Shown here: one piece after another, positions 53,981 through 63,172 of the stretch
Position numbering within the stretch: the first letter of the stretch is position 1
Layout: every line of letters starts with the position of its first letter
The notes under the pieces: generated by a model
Databases searched by the model: none
What the model was told of the DNA's origin: nothing
What the model saw: only the letters and a program-made list of their open reading frames with translations
Program-made: the position numbers and the translations under genes
NCBI GenBank assembly: GCA_031396105.1
Contig: JANNKC010000234.1
Location: 2,423 to 66,422, forward strand
Length of the DNA stretch: 64,000 nt
Reading direction: 5' to 3'
Source: Anaeromyxobacter sp.
Lineage (GTDB): Bacteria; Myxococcota; Myxococcia; Myxococcales; Anaeromyxobacteraceae

Positions 53981-55933
53981 TCACCCGGCGCCCGGCCCGC
54001 CTGCCGGGCCCGCGACGGTGTCCGGCATGCCCTCCGGGCGCTCCAGCCGCCCTTGCTCCAGGCGCTCCCCGAGTTCCCACCGGAGCGCGTGGGGCGCCAC
54101 CCCGCGGACGCGGACGAAGGCGCGGTGGACGCCCTGGAGGTGGTGGGCGGCGCAGAGGCTGACCAGGTTCTCCGGCACGTCGCCGCCGCCACGTGAGCGG
54201 AAGGTGACGTGGTGGGCGTGGACCGCCTGCCGGCTGCAGCCGGGTACCTGGCAGCGGTGGCCGTCCCGCCGGAGCGCCCGCCGCTGAGGCGTGGCACGAG
54301 CGCGCGGCTGGCCGGCCCAGGCCTCGAGGAAATGGGCGGCGACCAGGGTGAGGCACTCGGCGTCGGTGCGGAGCCGCGCCGCCGCGAATGGCCAGGGCGC
54401 CCGCTGCGCCGCCCGGAGCGCCGCGGCGAGGAGCGCCGCCACCCGCAGCGGCACCCGCAGGCGCACCTCAGCCACCGGCTCCTCCGGCGCACACAGCCGC
54501 GCAGCAACGGCCCAGGGGGTGTGTGGGGCCGCCTCGACCGCCTCCACCTCGCACCGGAGCGCCACCGCCGGTGCCTCGGCCGCCCGGGCGATCCAGCCAG
54601 CCTCGCTGCGCTCGTCGGCCACGCGGGCCACCAGCCGCGCCCGCTCCCCGTCGAGCCGGCCGCCGTCGAGCGCCGCCCGCAGACCGGGCAGTCCGTGGAG
54701 CCGCCGCTCGAGCGCGATGCGCGCCTCCACCTGGCGCACCCCGAGGCCGAGCCGCTCCCGGCAGTAGTGGGCGAAGGTGAGGAACCGCATGTCGCGCCAC
54801 AGGCCGATCGACCGGACGAGGAGCGCGAGGTGGCCGAGGAGCGAATCCCAGCATGCCCGCAGGGCGGCGAGCTCGCGCAGGGCGGCGTCGAGCCGGGCCG
54901 GGTGGGCCGCCTCGTCGAGCGGCGGCGCCGCCACGCGTTCCACCTTCTCGAGGTGACACCAGCGCTCGGTCTCCTCCTCGAGGAACGCCTCCAGGCGCTC
55001 CCGCCAGCCCGGCTCGCGCTCGAAGAGGTCGGGGTGGTCGCCCCGGCCGGCGGCCCGGCTCGCCCGCTCCACCCCCTCGCCGCGCCAGGCGGCCAGCGTG
55101 GCGGCCACCACCTCGTCGTCGGCCTCGTCGCCGCCGTGGGCGCCCAGGTACTCCTGCGCCACCGCCTCCAGCCGCTGCCACCGGGGCGCCCCCTCGCCGA
55201 GCACCTGCCCCGCGAGGTCGAGCGCCCGCTCCAGGGCGTCGCGCGCGCCCGCCGTCACCTCGAGCGTGACCCGCTGCCAGGGCTCGGCCCCCGGTTCGTC
55301 GCCGTCAGCACTGGCGGCTGCATCGGCGTCGGCGGCGACGCCAACCTCGACGACGCCAGCCCCACCTCCGGCCGGAGCTTTCCCGTCGGCCCCGCTCGAG
55401 GCCGCCTGCACTGCCCCCTGCACCGCCGCGAGGAGCGCCCGCACCGTCATGGCGCGCGCCCGTTCCACCCACGCGGACTCCGTGGCGCCCGATGCCACCG
55501 GCAGCACAGCCTGGGCCGCGCGGAGGCTCACCTCGCCGGCCCGGACCGCCGCGAGGAGCAGGGGGCGCTCGCCGAGCGCCCGGCCCAGCCGGGCGAGCGC
55601 CTGGCCGGTCCGCGCTGCCACGCCAAGCCGCTCCCGCGCGTAGTCGCCCACGCCCGAATAGCCGAGCCTGAGCACCCGATCCCCCACCGAGAGGGCGCCC
55701 AGCCCCTCGCAGAGCGCCACGTCGATGGCCGACCGGCCGCGGGCCACGCGCACGAGCAGCCCGTCGAGCAGCAGCGCCGCCTCGTTCCGCAGCACGTGGC
55801 GCCGCTCCGAGGGCGACGGCAGCTCCAGCACCCGCGCCGCCTCCACGAGCGCTGCGGGAGGAGCCGCGGTGCCCGTGGAGGCGGAGGTGGGGAGGCTGGC
55901 GGGACGGGTGCTCATGCGTTCAGTATCATGCAT
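53981..55933 (-). CDS. HNH endonuclease with DUF222-like N-terminal region
   Basis: 650 aa from the ATG at 55933, which overlaps the upstream TGA by 1 nt (alternative ATG at 55915). C-terminal HNH core: RRDGHRCQVPGCSRQAVHAHHVTFRSRGGGDVPENLVSLCAAHH. The N-terminal region is long and Ala/Arg/Leu-rich. Confidence 0.8.
   Translation of the reverse strand: MHDTERMSTRPASLPTSASTGTAAPPAALVEAARVLELPSPSERRHVLRNEAALLLDGLLVRVARGRSAIDVALCEGLGALSVGDRVLRLGYSGVGDYARERLGVAARTGQALARLGRALGERPLLLAAVRAGEVSLRAAQAVLPVASGATESAWVERARAMTVRALLAAVQGAVQAASSGADGKAPAGGGAGVVEVGVAADADAAASADGDEPGAEPWQRVTLEVTAGARDALERALDLAGQVLGEGAPRWQRLEAVAQEYLGAHGGDEADDEVVAATLAAWRGEGVERASRAAGRGDHPDLFEREPGWRERLEAFLEEETERWCHLEKVERVAAPPLDEAAHPARLDAALRELAALRACWDSLLGHLALLVRSIGLWRDMRFLTFAHYCRERLGLGVRQVEARIALERRLHGLPGLRAALDGGRLDGERARLVARVADERSEAGWIARAAEAPAVALRCEVEAVEAAPHTPWAVAARLCAPEEPVAEVRLRVPLRVAALLAAALRAAQRAPWPFAAARLRTDAECLTLVAAHFLEAWAGQPRARATPQRRALRRDGHRCQVPGCSRQAVHAHHVTFRSRGGGDVPENLVSLCAAHHLQGVHRAFVRVRGVAPHALRWELGERLEQGRLERPEGMPDTVAGPAGGPGAG
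54214..54246. repeat. 33-bp perfect direct repeat, copy 2 (inside the HNH motif coding sequence)
   Basis: Same 33-mer as 53921-53953. On the minus strand it encodes part of QVPGCSRQAVHAH. Confidence 0.92.
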
Positions 55934-56700
55934 CACCGGTCCGACACCCGGAAGGCGCCGGATGGGGCGCTCGGAGGGTTGACGATCACTGGCAGCCTGG
56001 ACCTCCAGTCGGCCCACGTCTGCGGGTTGGTCACCAGCTCGCAGATGAGGTGCGCGACGTTGGCCATGTTCGTGCTGCCGGGCGCGAAGAGGCTGTTCAC
56101 GAGGCCCTCGTGCAGCGCGTACTCCGAGACCTCGCCCTCCAGGAGCGAGTCCGGTCGGACCACCACCCATTGAACGAAGGCGTTGTCCGGCCCGATCCTC
56201 TCGAGAAGGAAGTCCGCCGCTCGCTGGTTGTCGCCGGCTGGAGGGAGCACGCCGCAGAGCATCCAGAGAAATGCCCTCTCGAGAGAGCCCCGGCGCGTGT
56301 CGAGGCCTTCCGGGCGATGGACGGAGACGCTGCTCATGAGGATGAACTTGACCGGCCTGGCGGGTTCGAGCGCTTCGATGCCTCGGCACAGGCGCGTCGT
56401 GGCTCTCCTCACGAGGTCGCGCGGCGGTCCGAAGATGCCCTTGAGGCTGAGCACGTGCCCGAGGCACGAGACGACGGCATCGCAGCCGCCAAGGTGGCGT
56501 TGCAGCTCGCCGTCGGGGAGCGACAGCAGACTGGCCTCGATCACCGTCAGGTTGGGGTGCCCCGCGACGCCGGGGGGGAGCGTCCGGCCCGATCGCACGA
56601 TGGCGCGAACGCTGATGCCGCGGTCCAGGAGCTGCCGCAGCGCTCGCCGGCCGGTGCGTCCGGTGCCGCCAACCAGAAGAACGGTCTGCTGCGCAGCCAC
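55933..56700 (-). CDS. NAD(P)-binding Rossmann protein (NmrA/atypical SDR-like)
   Basis: 255 aa with a GTG start. Contains VLLVGGTGRTGRRALRQLLDRG. Confidence 0.8.
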   Translation of the reverse strand: MAAQQTVLLVGGTGRTGRRALRQLLDRGISVRAIVRSGRTLPPGVAGHPNLTVIEASLLSLPDGELQRHLGGCDAVVSCLGHVLSLKGIFGPPRDLVRRATTRLCRGIEALEPARPVKFILMSSVSVHRPEGLDTRRGSLERAFLWMLCGVLPPAGDNQRAADFLLERIGPDNAFVQWVVVRPDSLLEGEVSEYALHEGLVNSLFAPGSTNMANVAHLICELVTNPQTWADWRSRLPVIVNPPSAPSGAFRVSDR

Positions 56701-56913
56701 GTCCAGGTCTCCTTCAAGCAGCCCTGGACCAGTCTACTCGAAGTGATCGCAACGCCCGTCATCGGACGGAGACCGTGCGCTGAATGGCTTGCCGAGCCAG
56801 TGGAGATCCCGGTCCAGCCAGCCCCCGACCGTCGGTGGCCAGCCGGCCTGGGGCGGCCACCAGGCAGGTCACGGACGGGTCGAGCTGGACGCCCGGCAGG
56901 CCGCACCCCGCGC

Positions 56914-56943
56914 TTGTGGCGACCGCCCCCTCGCCACTATGTT
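56914..56943 (+). promoter_or_regulatory. Putative sigma70-type promoter of lpdA-lipB
   Basis: TTGTGG-N18-TATGTT, followed by a leader with GGAG 7 nt before the ATG at 56971. Confidence 0.4.
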
Positions 56944-56970
56944 CCCGCCACCTTTTCACCCGGAGCGCCC

Positions 56971-58404
56971 ATGTCCACCAGCACCTTCGACGCCGTGGTC
57001 ATCGGAGCCGGCCCCGGCGGTTACGTCGCGGCCATCCGGCTGGCCCAGCTGGGCAAGAAGACGGCCCTCGTCGAGCGCGAGTCGCTCGGCGGCGTCTGCC
57101 TCAACTGGGGCTGCATCCCCTCCAAGGCGCTCATCGCCGCCGCCAACCTGGTGGAGGACGTGCGGGGTGCCTCGGAGCGGGGCGTGCTGGTGGAGGCGCC
57201 GCGCATCGACGTGGACAAGCTGCGGGCCTTCAAGGACGCGGTGGTGAAGAAGCTGGTGGGCGGGGTCGGGCAGCTCGAGAAGGGGAACGGCGTCGAGGTG
57301 CTGAAGGGCACCGCGAAGTTCGTGGCCGGGAACGCCATCGAGGTGACCGGCGCGTCCGGCACCACGCGGGTGGAGGCCGGCGCCTTCATCGTGGCCACCG
57401 GCGCGCGCCCGGTGGAGATCCCGGGCTTCGCCTTCGACGGGAAGGACGTCTGGAGCGCCAGGGACGCCGTCGACCTCCCCGAGGTGCCAAAGCGGCTGGT
57501 CATCGTGGGCGGCGGCGTCATCGGGCTGGAGCTCGGCACGGTCTACGCCAAGCTCGGGGCCAAGGTGACCTTCCTGGAGGCCCTGCCGCAGATCCTCACC
57601 GGCATCGACCCCGAGGCGGTGCGGCTGGTGCAGAAGGGGCTGCGCCAGCGCGGGGCCATCGTCCACGTGGGGGCCAAGGCCAAGGGGTACGAGAAGAAGG
57701 CTGGCGCGCTCCTGGTGAAGGCGGAGGTGGACGGCGCTCCGCTCGAGCTCCCGTGCGACCGGATCCTGGTGGCGGTGGGCATGCGCCCCAACTCGGATGG
57801 GCTGGGGCTCGCCGAGGTGGGGGTGAAGCTCTCGCCTCGCGGCTTCGTCGAGGTGGACCCGCAGTACCGCACCGCCGTCCCCACCATCTTCGCCATCGGC
57901 GACCTGACCGGCCCGCCGCTGCTGGCCCACAAGGCCTCCAAGGAGGGCGAGATCGCCGCCGAGGTCATCGCCGGGCGCAAGGTGGTGCGCGACTGGGTGG
58001 CCATGCCCGGCGCCATCTTCACCGACCCCGAGGTGGCGGCGGTGGGGCTCTCGGAGGAGGAGGCGCGCGCCGCCGGCCACGAGCCCATCACCGGCAAGTT
58101 CGCCTTCGCGGCGCTGGGGCGCGCCATCGCCATCGACCACACCGAAGGGTTCGTCAAGGTGGTGGGCGACAAGGCGTCCAAGCTGCTCCTGGGCGTCACC
58201 ATCTGCGGCCCGGAGGCGAGCGACCTCATCGCCGAGGCGGCGCTGGCGCTGGAGATGGGCGCCTACCTGGAGGACGTGGCGCTCACCATCCACGCCCACC
58301 CCACGCTGCCGGAGGCCTTCATGGAGGCCTGCAAGGCGGCGCTGGGCGAGGCCATCCACGCCATCAACCGTCCGGAGCGGCCGCGGCGCGAGGTGAAGGC
58401 CTGA
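56971..58404 (+). CDS. lpdA: Dihydrolipoyl dehydrogenase (E3)
   Basis: 477 aa from the ATG at 56971. FAD motif VVIGAGPGGYVAA, redox disulfide GGVCLNWGCIPSK, C-terminal HAHPTLPE. Confidence 0.95.
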   Translation: MSTSTFDAVVIGAGPGGYVAAIRLAQLGKKTALVERESLGGVCLNWGCIPSKALIAAANLVEDVRGASERGVLVEAPRIDVDKLRAFKDAVVKKLVGGVGQLEKGNGVEVLKGTAKFVAGNAIEVTGASGTTRVEAGAFIVATGARPVEIPGFAFDGKDVWSARDAVDLPEVPKRLVIVGGGVIGLELGTVYAKLGAKVTFLEALPQILTGIDPEAVRLVQKGLRQRGAIVHVGAKAKGYEKKAGALLVKAEVDGAPLELPCDRILVAVGMRPNSDGLGLAEVGVKLSPRGFVEVDPQYRTAVPTIFAIGDLTGPPLLAHKASKEGEIAAEVIAGRKVVRDWVAMPGAIFTDPEVAAVGLSEEEARAAGHEPITGKFAFAALGRAIAIDHTEGFVKVVGDKASKLLLGVTICGPEASDLIAEAALALEMGAYLEDVALTIHAHPTLPEAFMEACKAALGEAIHAINRPERPRREVKA

Positions 58405-58489
58405 GCCCGCCGCCGGGCGACGGACGCGGGCCGTCCCCTCGTGCCGCACGACGCCCGTCCACGGGCCGGGCCGCTCCGGCGGTCGGCTG

Positions 58490-59593
58490 ATGCGCACGCT
58501 CCTGGTCCATCGGCTCGGCCGGGTGGAGTACCTCGATGGCCTGGCGCTCATGCGCCTGGGCGGCGACGCCGTGCGCGCCGCCACGCCGCCGGCCACCGAC
58601 CACCTCTTCCTGCTGGAGCACCCACCGGTGCTCACGCTGGGTCGCTCGGCCGAGCGGGCCAACATCGTGGCCGCGCCGGCCTGGCTGGCCAGCCAGGGGT
58701 TCGAGCTCCACGAGACCGACCGCGGCGGCGACGTGACCTACCACGGCCCCGGGCAGCTGGTGGCCTACCCGGTGCTGGATCTGGCCGAGCGGCCCGACGT
58801 GAAGAGGTACGTGGCCGCGCTGGAGGAGGCCATGATCCGGACCTGCGCCGACGACGGCGTGGTGGCGGGGCGCCATGAGGCGCACCGCGGCGCCTGGGTG
58901 GGGAGCCGCAAGATCGGCGCGGTGGGCGTCCACCTCTCGCGCTGGATCACCAGCCACGGGCTGGCCCTGAACGTGGCGCCCGACCTGACCCATTTCCAGG
59001 TCATCGTGCCCTGCGGCATCGCCGATCCTCGGCTCGGCGTGACCAGCCTGGCCCAGGAGCTGGCGGCGCGTGGCCGCGCGGCCACGCCCATGGCCGAGGT
59101 GGAGGCCCGCCTGGCGGCCCACCTGGCGGAGGTGACGGGGCGCCGCGCCGAGCCGGCCGCGCCGCCGCTCCGCACCGTCTCGGTGGTGGCGCTGGCGGCC
59201 GACGGGCGGGTCCTGCTGCTGAAGCGGACGCCGGCGCGCGGCGGCTTCTGGCAGCCGGTGACCGGCCGCCTCGAGCCGGGGGAGACGCCCGCCCAGGCGG
59301 CCCGCCGCGAGCTGCGCGAGGAGACCGGCGCCGACGTGCCGGTGGAGCCGCTGGGCTACCGCCACGGCTTCGGCATCGACCCCGCCGTGCTGGGGCTGCC
59401 GCCCGGCGAGCTGCGCACCGCGGAGGAGGAGGCCTTCGTGGCCCGCCTGCCGCCGGGCTTCACGCCGCGCCTCTCGGAGGAGCACGTGGAGGCCCTCTTC
59501 CTGCCGCCGGCCGAGGCGGCGGAGGCGCCGCGCTTCCCTGGCCTGCGGCGGGCCATCCGGCTCGCCGCTGGACCGTCCGCGCCCAGGGCCTGA
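58490..59593 (+). CDS. lipB: Octanoyltransferase LipB fused to a C-terminal NudB-like Nudix hydrolase domain
   Basis: 367 aa.
- LipB part (about residues 1-215): LLEHPPVLTLGR, GGDVTYHGPGQLV, RKIGAVGV, PCG.
- Nudix part: VLLLKRTPARGGFWQPVTGRLEPGETPAQAARRELREETG, which contains the Nudix box GX5EX7REUXEEXG. Confidence 0.9.
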   Translation: MRTLLVHRLGRVEYLDGLALMRLGGDAVRAATPPATDHLFLLEHPPVLTLGRSAERANIVAAPAWLASQGFELHETDRGGDVTYHGPGQLVAYPVLDLAERPDVKRYVAALEEAMIRTCADDGVVAGRHEAHRGAWVGSRKIGAVGVHLSRWITSHGLALNVAPDLTHFQVIVPCGIADPRLGVTSLAQELAARGRAATPMAEVEARLAAHLAEVTGRRAEPAAPPLRTVSVVALAADGRVLLLKRTPARGGFWQPVTGRLEPGETPAQAARRELREETGADVPVEPLGYRHGFGIDPAVLGLPPGELRTAEEEAFVARLPPGFTPRLSEEHVEALFLPPAEAAEAPRFPGLRRAIRLAAGPSAPRA

Positions 59594-59623
59594 CGAGACG
59601 TGGTTGGCCGGGACACCGGCGTC

Positions 59624-61129
59624 TCACAGATCCAGGCCGCCCTCGTCGACGAGCCGGCAGACCGCGGCGATGTCCCGCCCCAGCTCCCGGTCGCCGTCCA
59701 GCGTCGGCACCACGGCCCGCAGGCGGGCGTGCGCCTCGGCCACCCGCGCCGACGGCCGGAGCGGCGCCGCGAGATCGATGGCCTGCGCCGCCACCAGCAG
59801 CTCGATGGAGAGGCAGGTGCGCACGTTCTCCACCACGCGGCGCGCCTTGAGCGCGGCGGTCATGCCCATGGAGACGTGGTCCTCCCGCCCCGCCGAGGAG
59901 GGGATGGAGTCGACGCTGGCCGGGTGGCACAGCACCTTGTTCTCCGAGACCAGCGCCGCGCTCGTCACCTGCACCATCATGAAGCCGGAGTCGAGCCCCG
60001 GGTTCTTGGCCAGGAAGGGCGGCAGGTGCGAGAGCGACGGGTTGACCAGCTGCTCGACGCGCCGCTCCGAGATGGTGGCCAGGTGCGAGGCGGCGATGGC
60101 CAGCACGTCCAGCGCCAGCGAGACCGGCTGCCCGTGGAAGTTGCCGCCCGAGATGATCTCGCCCAGCTCGGGGAAGACCAGCGGGTTGTCGGTGGCGGCG
60201 TTGACCTCGCGCGCCAGCACGCCGCGGCAGAAGCCCACGCCGTCGCGTGCCGCGCCGTGCACCTGGGGCATGCAGCGCAGCGAGTAGGGGTCCTGCACCT
60301 TGTGGCAGCCCGGCCCCTGGTGCGCGGCGTTGATCTCCGAGCCCGCCAGCAGCGCCCTCAGCCGCGCCGCGCTGGCCACCTGCCCGAGCTGGCCGCGCGC
60401 CGCCTGGATCTCCGCCATGAAGGGGCGGTGCGATCCGGAGAGCCCCTCCAGCGTCATGGCCCCGGCCAGGTCGGCCAGATCGCAGAGCCGCTCGGCCCTC
60501 CGCAGCGCCAGCGCGCCCACCGCCGCCATGGCCTGCGTGCCGTTCACCAGCGCCAGCCCCTCCTTGGCCTCCAGCACCACCGGCGCCAGGCCGGCGCGCC
60601 GCAGCGCCTCGGCGCCCGGCAGCCGCTGGCCGGCCAGCAGGGCCTCGCCCTCGCCGATGAGCACCAGCGCCAGGTGGGCCAGGGGCGCCAGGTCGCCGGA
60701 GGCGCCCACCGAGCCGCGCTCGGGCACCACCGGCAGCACGCCGCGGTCCAGGCAGGCCAGCAGGAGCTCCAGGGTGACCGGGCGGATGCCGGAGAGCCCC
60801 TTGGCCATGCAGGCGCCGCGCAGCAGCATGAGGGCGCGCGTCTCGGCGGCGGGCAGGGGATCGCCCACGCCCACCGAGTGCGACAGGACCAGGTTGCGCT
60901 GCAGCCGCCGCAGGTCGTCCCGCGGGATGCGCACCTCGGCCAGCGTGCCGAAGCCGGTGTTGATGCCGTAGTGGGCCTCGCCGTCGTCGAGGCGGGCCTC
61001 CACCAGCGCGCGCGCGGCGGCCACCCTGGCGCGGGCCGAGGGCGCCAGCTCGGCGCGGGCGCGGCCGAGCGCCACCGCCTCCACCTCCTCCAGCGTCAGC
61101 GTGTCGCCGTCCAGGAGCACCTGGTGCAC
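59624..61129 (-). CDS. hutH: Histidine ammonia-lyase
   Basis: 501 aa. GTG start with AGGAGG 6 nt upstream. MIO motif [14 protein letters not shown]. Selectivity residues in [10 protein letters not shown] (Ser-His) are HAL-type. Confidence 0.95.
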   Translation of the reverse strand: MHQVLLDGDTLTLEEVEAVALGRARAELAPSARARVAAARALVEARLDDGEAHYGINTGFGTLAEVRIPRDDLRRLQRNLVLSHSVGVGDPLPAAETRALMLLRGACMAKGLSGIRPVTLELLLACLDRGVLPVVPERGSVGASGDLAPLAHLALVLIGEGEALLAGQRLPGAEALRRAGLAPVVLEAKEGLALVNGTQAMAAVGALALRRAERLCDLADLAGAMTLEGLSGSHRPFMAEIQAARGQLGQVASAARLRALLAGSEINAAHQGPGCHKVQDPYSLRCMPQVHGAARDGVGFCRGVLAREVNAATDNPLVFPELGEIISGGNFHGQPVSLALDVLAIAASHLATISERRVEQLVNPSLSHLPPFLAKNPGLDSGFMMVQVTSAALVSENKVLCHPASVDSIPSSAGREDHVSMGMTAALKARRVVENVRTCLSIELLVAAQAIDLAAPLRPSARVAEAHARLRAVVPTLDGDRELGRDIAAVCRLVDEGGLDL

Positions 61130-61188
61130 GGTTCACCTCCTGGGCGCCGCGGCGGGCGTCGAGGGGACGGGGTGGCCGGCGCGGCCGG

Positions 61189-62577
61189 TCAGGCCTTGGC
61201 GCCGTCGATGCAGAGCGCCTTGTTGAGCGCGGCGATGGCCTTCTTGTAGTCGGCCCGCTCGATGACGAACTGCATGTTGATCTGGCGGAGCGACTGGGAG
61301 ACGCAGTTCACGTTGATCTGGTTCGCGGCCAGCACCTGCGCGGCGCGCGCCAGCACGCCGGGGATGGCGATGTTGGAGCCGATGACGCACACCACGGCGG
61401 CCTGCTTCACCGTCACCTGCTCGTAGGTGTTCTCCAGCTCCTCGATGAAGGCCGGCGCCGCCGCCTTGTCCCAGACCACGTGGGTGATGGAGTTCGCGTT
61501 GGTGGCCTTGAGGATGTAGCTGATGCCGTAGCGCTTGAAGATCTCCATGAGGCCGAGATCGAAGCCGACCGTCCCCACCATGTTGGGGTCGTGGATCTCC
61601 ACGATGGTGACCGCCGGCGTGCCGGCGATGACCTCGATGCGCGCCTCCTTGCCCACGTAGTCCTTGGTGATGAGCGTGCCGGGGTGGGCCGGCTCGAAGG
61701 TGTTCTTGAGCCGGATGGCGATGCCCGCCAGCTCCATGGGCTTGGCCGCCTTGGGGTGGATGGCCTCCATGCCCACGTCGGCCAGCTGGTCGGCCACGTC
61801 GTAGTTGGTCTTGCCCACCACCACCGTGTTGCCCGCGCCCACGATGGCCGGATCGGCGGAGGAGAGGTGGAACTCCTTGTGGATGACCGCCTCGTCGGCC
61901 TTGAGCTCCACGGCCACCTTGCTGAAGGTGACCTCCGAGTAGCCGCGGTCGAACTCCCGCATGATGCCCTCGACGCCCTTGGTGTAGCCGGTCACCACCA
62001 CCACCTGCCTGGCGGGATCCACGCCCTTGAAGGACTCGTGGATGCGCTCGTCGATGGTGAGCGGCTCGTCGTCGTCGAAGCCGGAGAGGTCGAGGAGGCG
62101 CGCCGCGATCCCCTTGGCCTTCAGGATCTCCACGCTGTTGAAGGCGCTGTGGGCCTCGCCGATGGCGGCCAGCATCTCGCGGCCGGCCAGCAGCACGCTC
62201 TCGCGCTTCAGGTAGCCCGAGGCGAGCACGTGGTGCATCGAGTCGAGGTAGTCCTTGAGCTCGGACATGCGCCGCTCGATGAAGGCGTCGGCCGCGGCCA
62301 GCGGCAGCCCGAGCGGTTCGAAGCCCTCGTTGAGCTCCTTGAGCTTTCCGGTGAGCGCATCGAGCTGCCCGGCGTAGTCGCCGCCGGCGGCGAAGGTGGC
62401 ATAGACGCCCTTCTCGCCGGACTTCTTGTGCTCCAGCAGCAGGTTGGTGACGCCGGCGTAGGCCGACACGATGTAGACGCGGCCGTAGATGCGGTCCGGC
62501 TCGCGCAGCATGATGTTGGCGAGCACCTCGCCGAACTGCGACATCGAGGTGCCGCCAATCTTCTCAACGGTGAGCAT
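61189..62577 (-). CDS. ask: Aspartate kinase (monofunctional, two ACT domains)
   Basis: 462 aa. Contains VEKIGGTSM and VVVTGYTKG, with C-terminal ACT repeats. Confidence 0.93.
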   Translation of the reverse strand: MLTVEKIGGTSMSQFGEVLANIMLREPDRIYGRVYIVSAYAGVTNLLLEHKKSGEKGVYATFAAGGDYAGQLDALTGKLKELNEGFEPLGLPLAAADAFIERRMSELKDYLDSMHHVLASGYLKRESVLLAGREMLAAIGEAHSAFNSVEILKAKGIAARLLDLSGFDDDEPLTIDERIHESFKGVDPARQVVVVTGYTKGVEGIMREFDRGYSEVTFSKVAVELKADEAVIHKEFHLSSADPAIVGAGNTVVVGKTNYDVADQLADVGMEAIHPKAAKPMELAGIAIRLKNTFEPAHPGTLITKDYVGKEARIEVIAGTPAVTIVEIHDPNMVGTVGFDLGLMEIFKRYGISYILKATNANSITHVVWDKAAAPAFIEELENTYEQVTVKQAAVVCVIGSNIAIPGVLARAAQVLAANQINVNCVSQSLRQINMQFVIERADYKKAIAALNKALCIDGAKA

Positions 62578-62691
62578 GATGGGTCCCGTGGGCTGAGCGT
62601 GGTCGTGCGGCGGGAGGGAGAATCAACCACATCTCTCTCGCGCTCGCCACCCGGAGTCGCGCCGCGCCCGGTTCTTGCTTCACCCGGCCCC

Positions 62692-63093
62692 GTGCCCAGC
62701 CGCCTCGCCCGCCTCCTCCTCCTCTCCGCGCTGGCCGCTCCAGCGGGCTGGAAGGCCCTGGCGGCGCGACCCTCCGGCGCCGGCCCGTGCGCGCCGGAGG
62801 GGCGGGGGGCTCGGCCGCGCCACTGGCTGGGGTGCGCCGCGGACCCCGGTCCGCCGCGCGCCCTGGCCGACGAGGAACGGTTGCTCCTCGGCGTGCCGCT
62901 CGACCCGAACCTTGCCGGGGCGCGGGCGCTGGCCTTCGTGCCAGGGCTCACGCCGCGGCTGGCCCGCGCGGTGGTGGCGGACCGCACCGCCCGGGGGCCC
63001 TTCGGCGCGGTGGACGACCTGCGCCGCGTCGAGGGCATCGGGGAGCTGCGCCTGGCCCGGGCTCGCGCCGCGCTCGCCGTGGCGCCTCCGTAG
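62692..63093 (+). CDS. ComEA-like helix-hairpin-helix DNA-binding protein
   Basis: 133 aa from the GTG at 62692. Signal/anchor LARLLLLSALAA. HhH region: LDPNLAGARALAFVPGLTPRLARAVVADRTARGPFGAVDDLRRVEGIG. The start is uncertain. Confidence 0.6.
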   Translation: MPSRLARLLLLSALAAPAGWKALAARPSGAGPCAPEGRGARPRHWLGCAADPGPPRALADEERLLLGVPLDPNLAGARALAFVPGLTPRLARAVVADRTARGPFGAVDDLRRVEGIGELRLARARAALAVAPP

Positions 63094-63172
63094 CGCTCGC
63101 CGTGGCGCCGCCGTGGCGCCTCGCCGGCGCTCGCGGTAACCTCCGTGTCCCTGGAGGATGGAGGCAGACCAC

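Noticed and set aside
53889-54356. 155-aa minus-strand ORF, and the 53912-54196(+) ORF, spanning the E2/HNH spacer as possible small genes.
   Set aside because: Both have Arg/Pro/Gly-rich shadow composition and overlap the well-supported HNH C-terminus in other frames. The only notable content is the 33-bp repeat, which is reported separately.
61189-62577. The aspartate kinase gene looks less GC-rich than its neighbours, suggesting possible horizontal acquisition.
   Set aside because: The difference is modest by eye. The protein is rich in Lys/Ile/Asn/Glu, which forces AT-containing codons, while third positions are still mostly G/C. Amino-acid composition is therefore a sufficient explanation.
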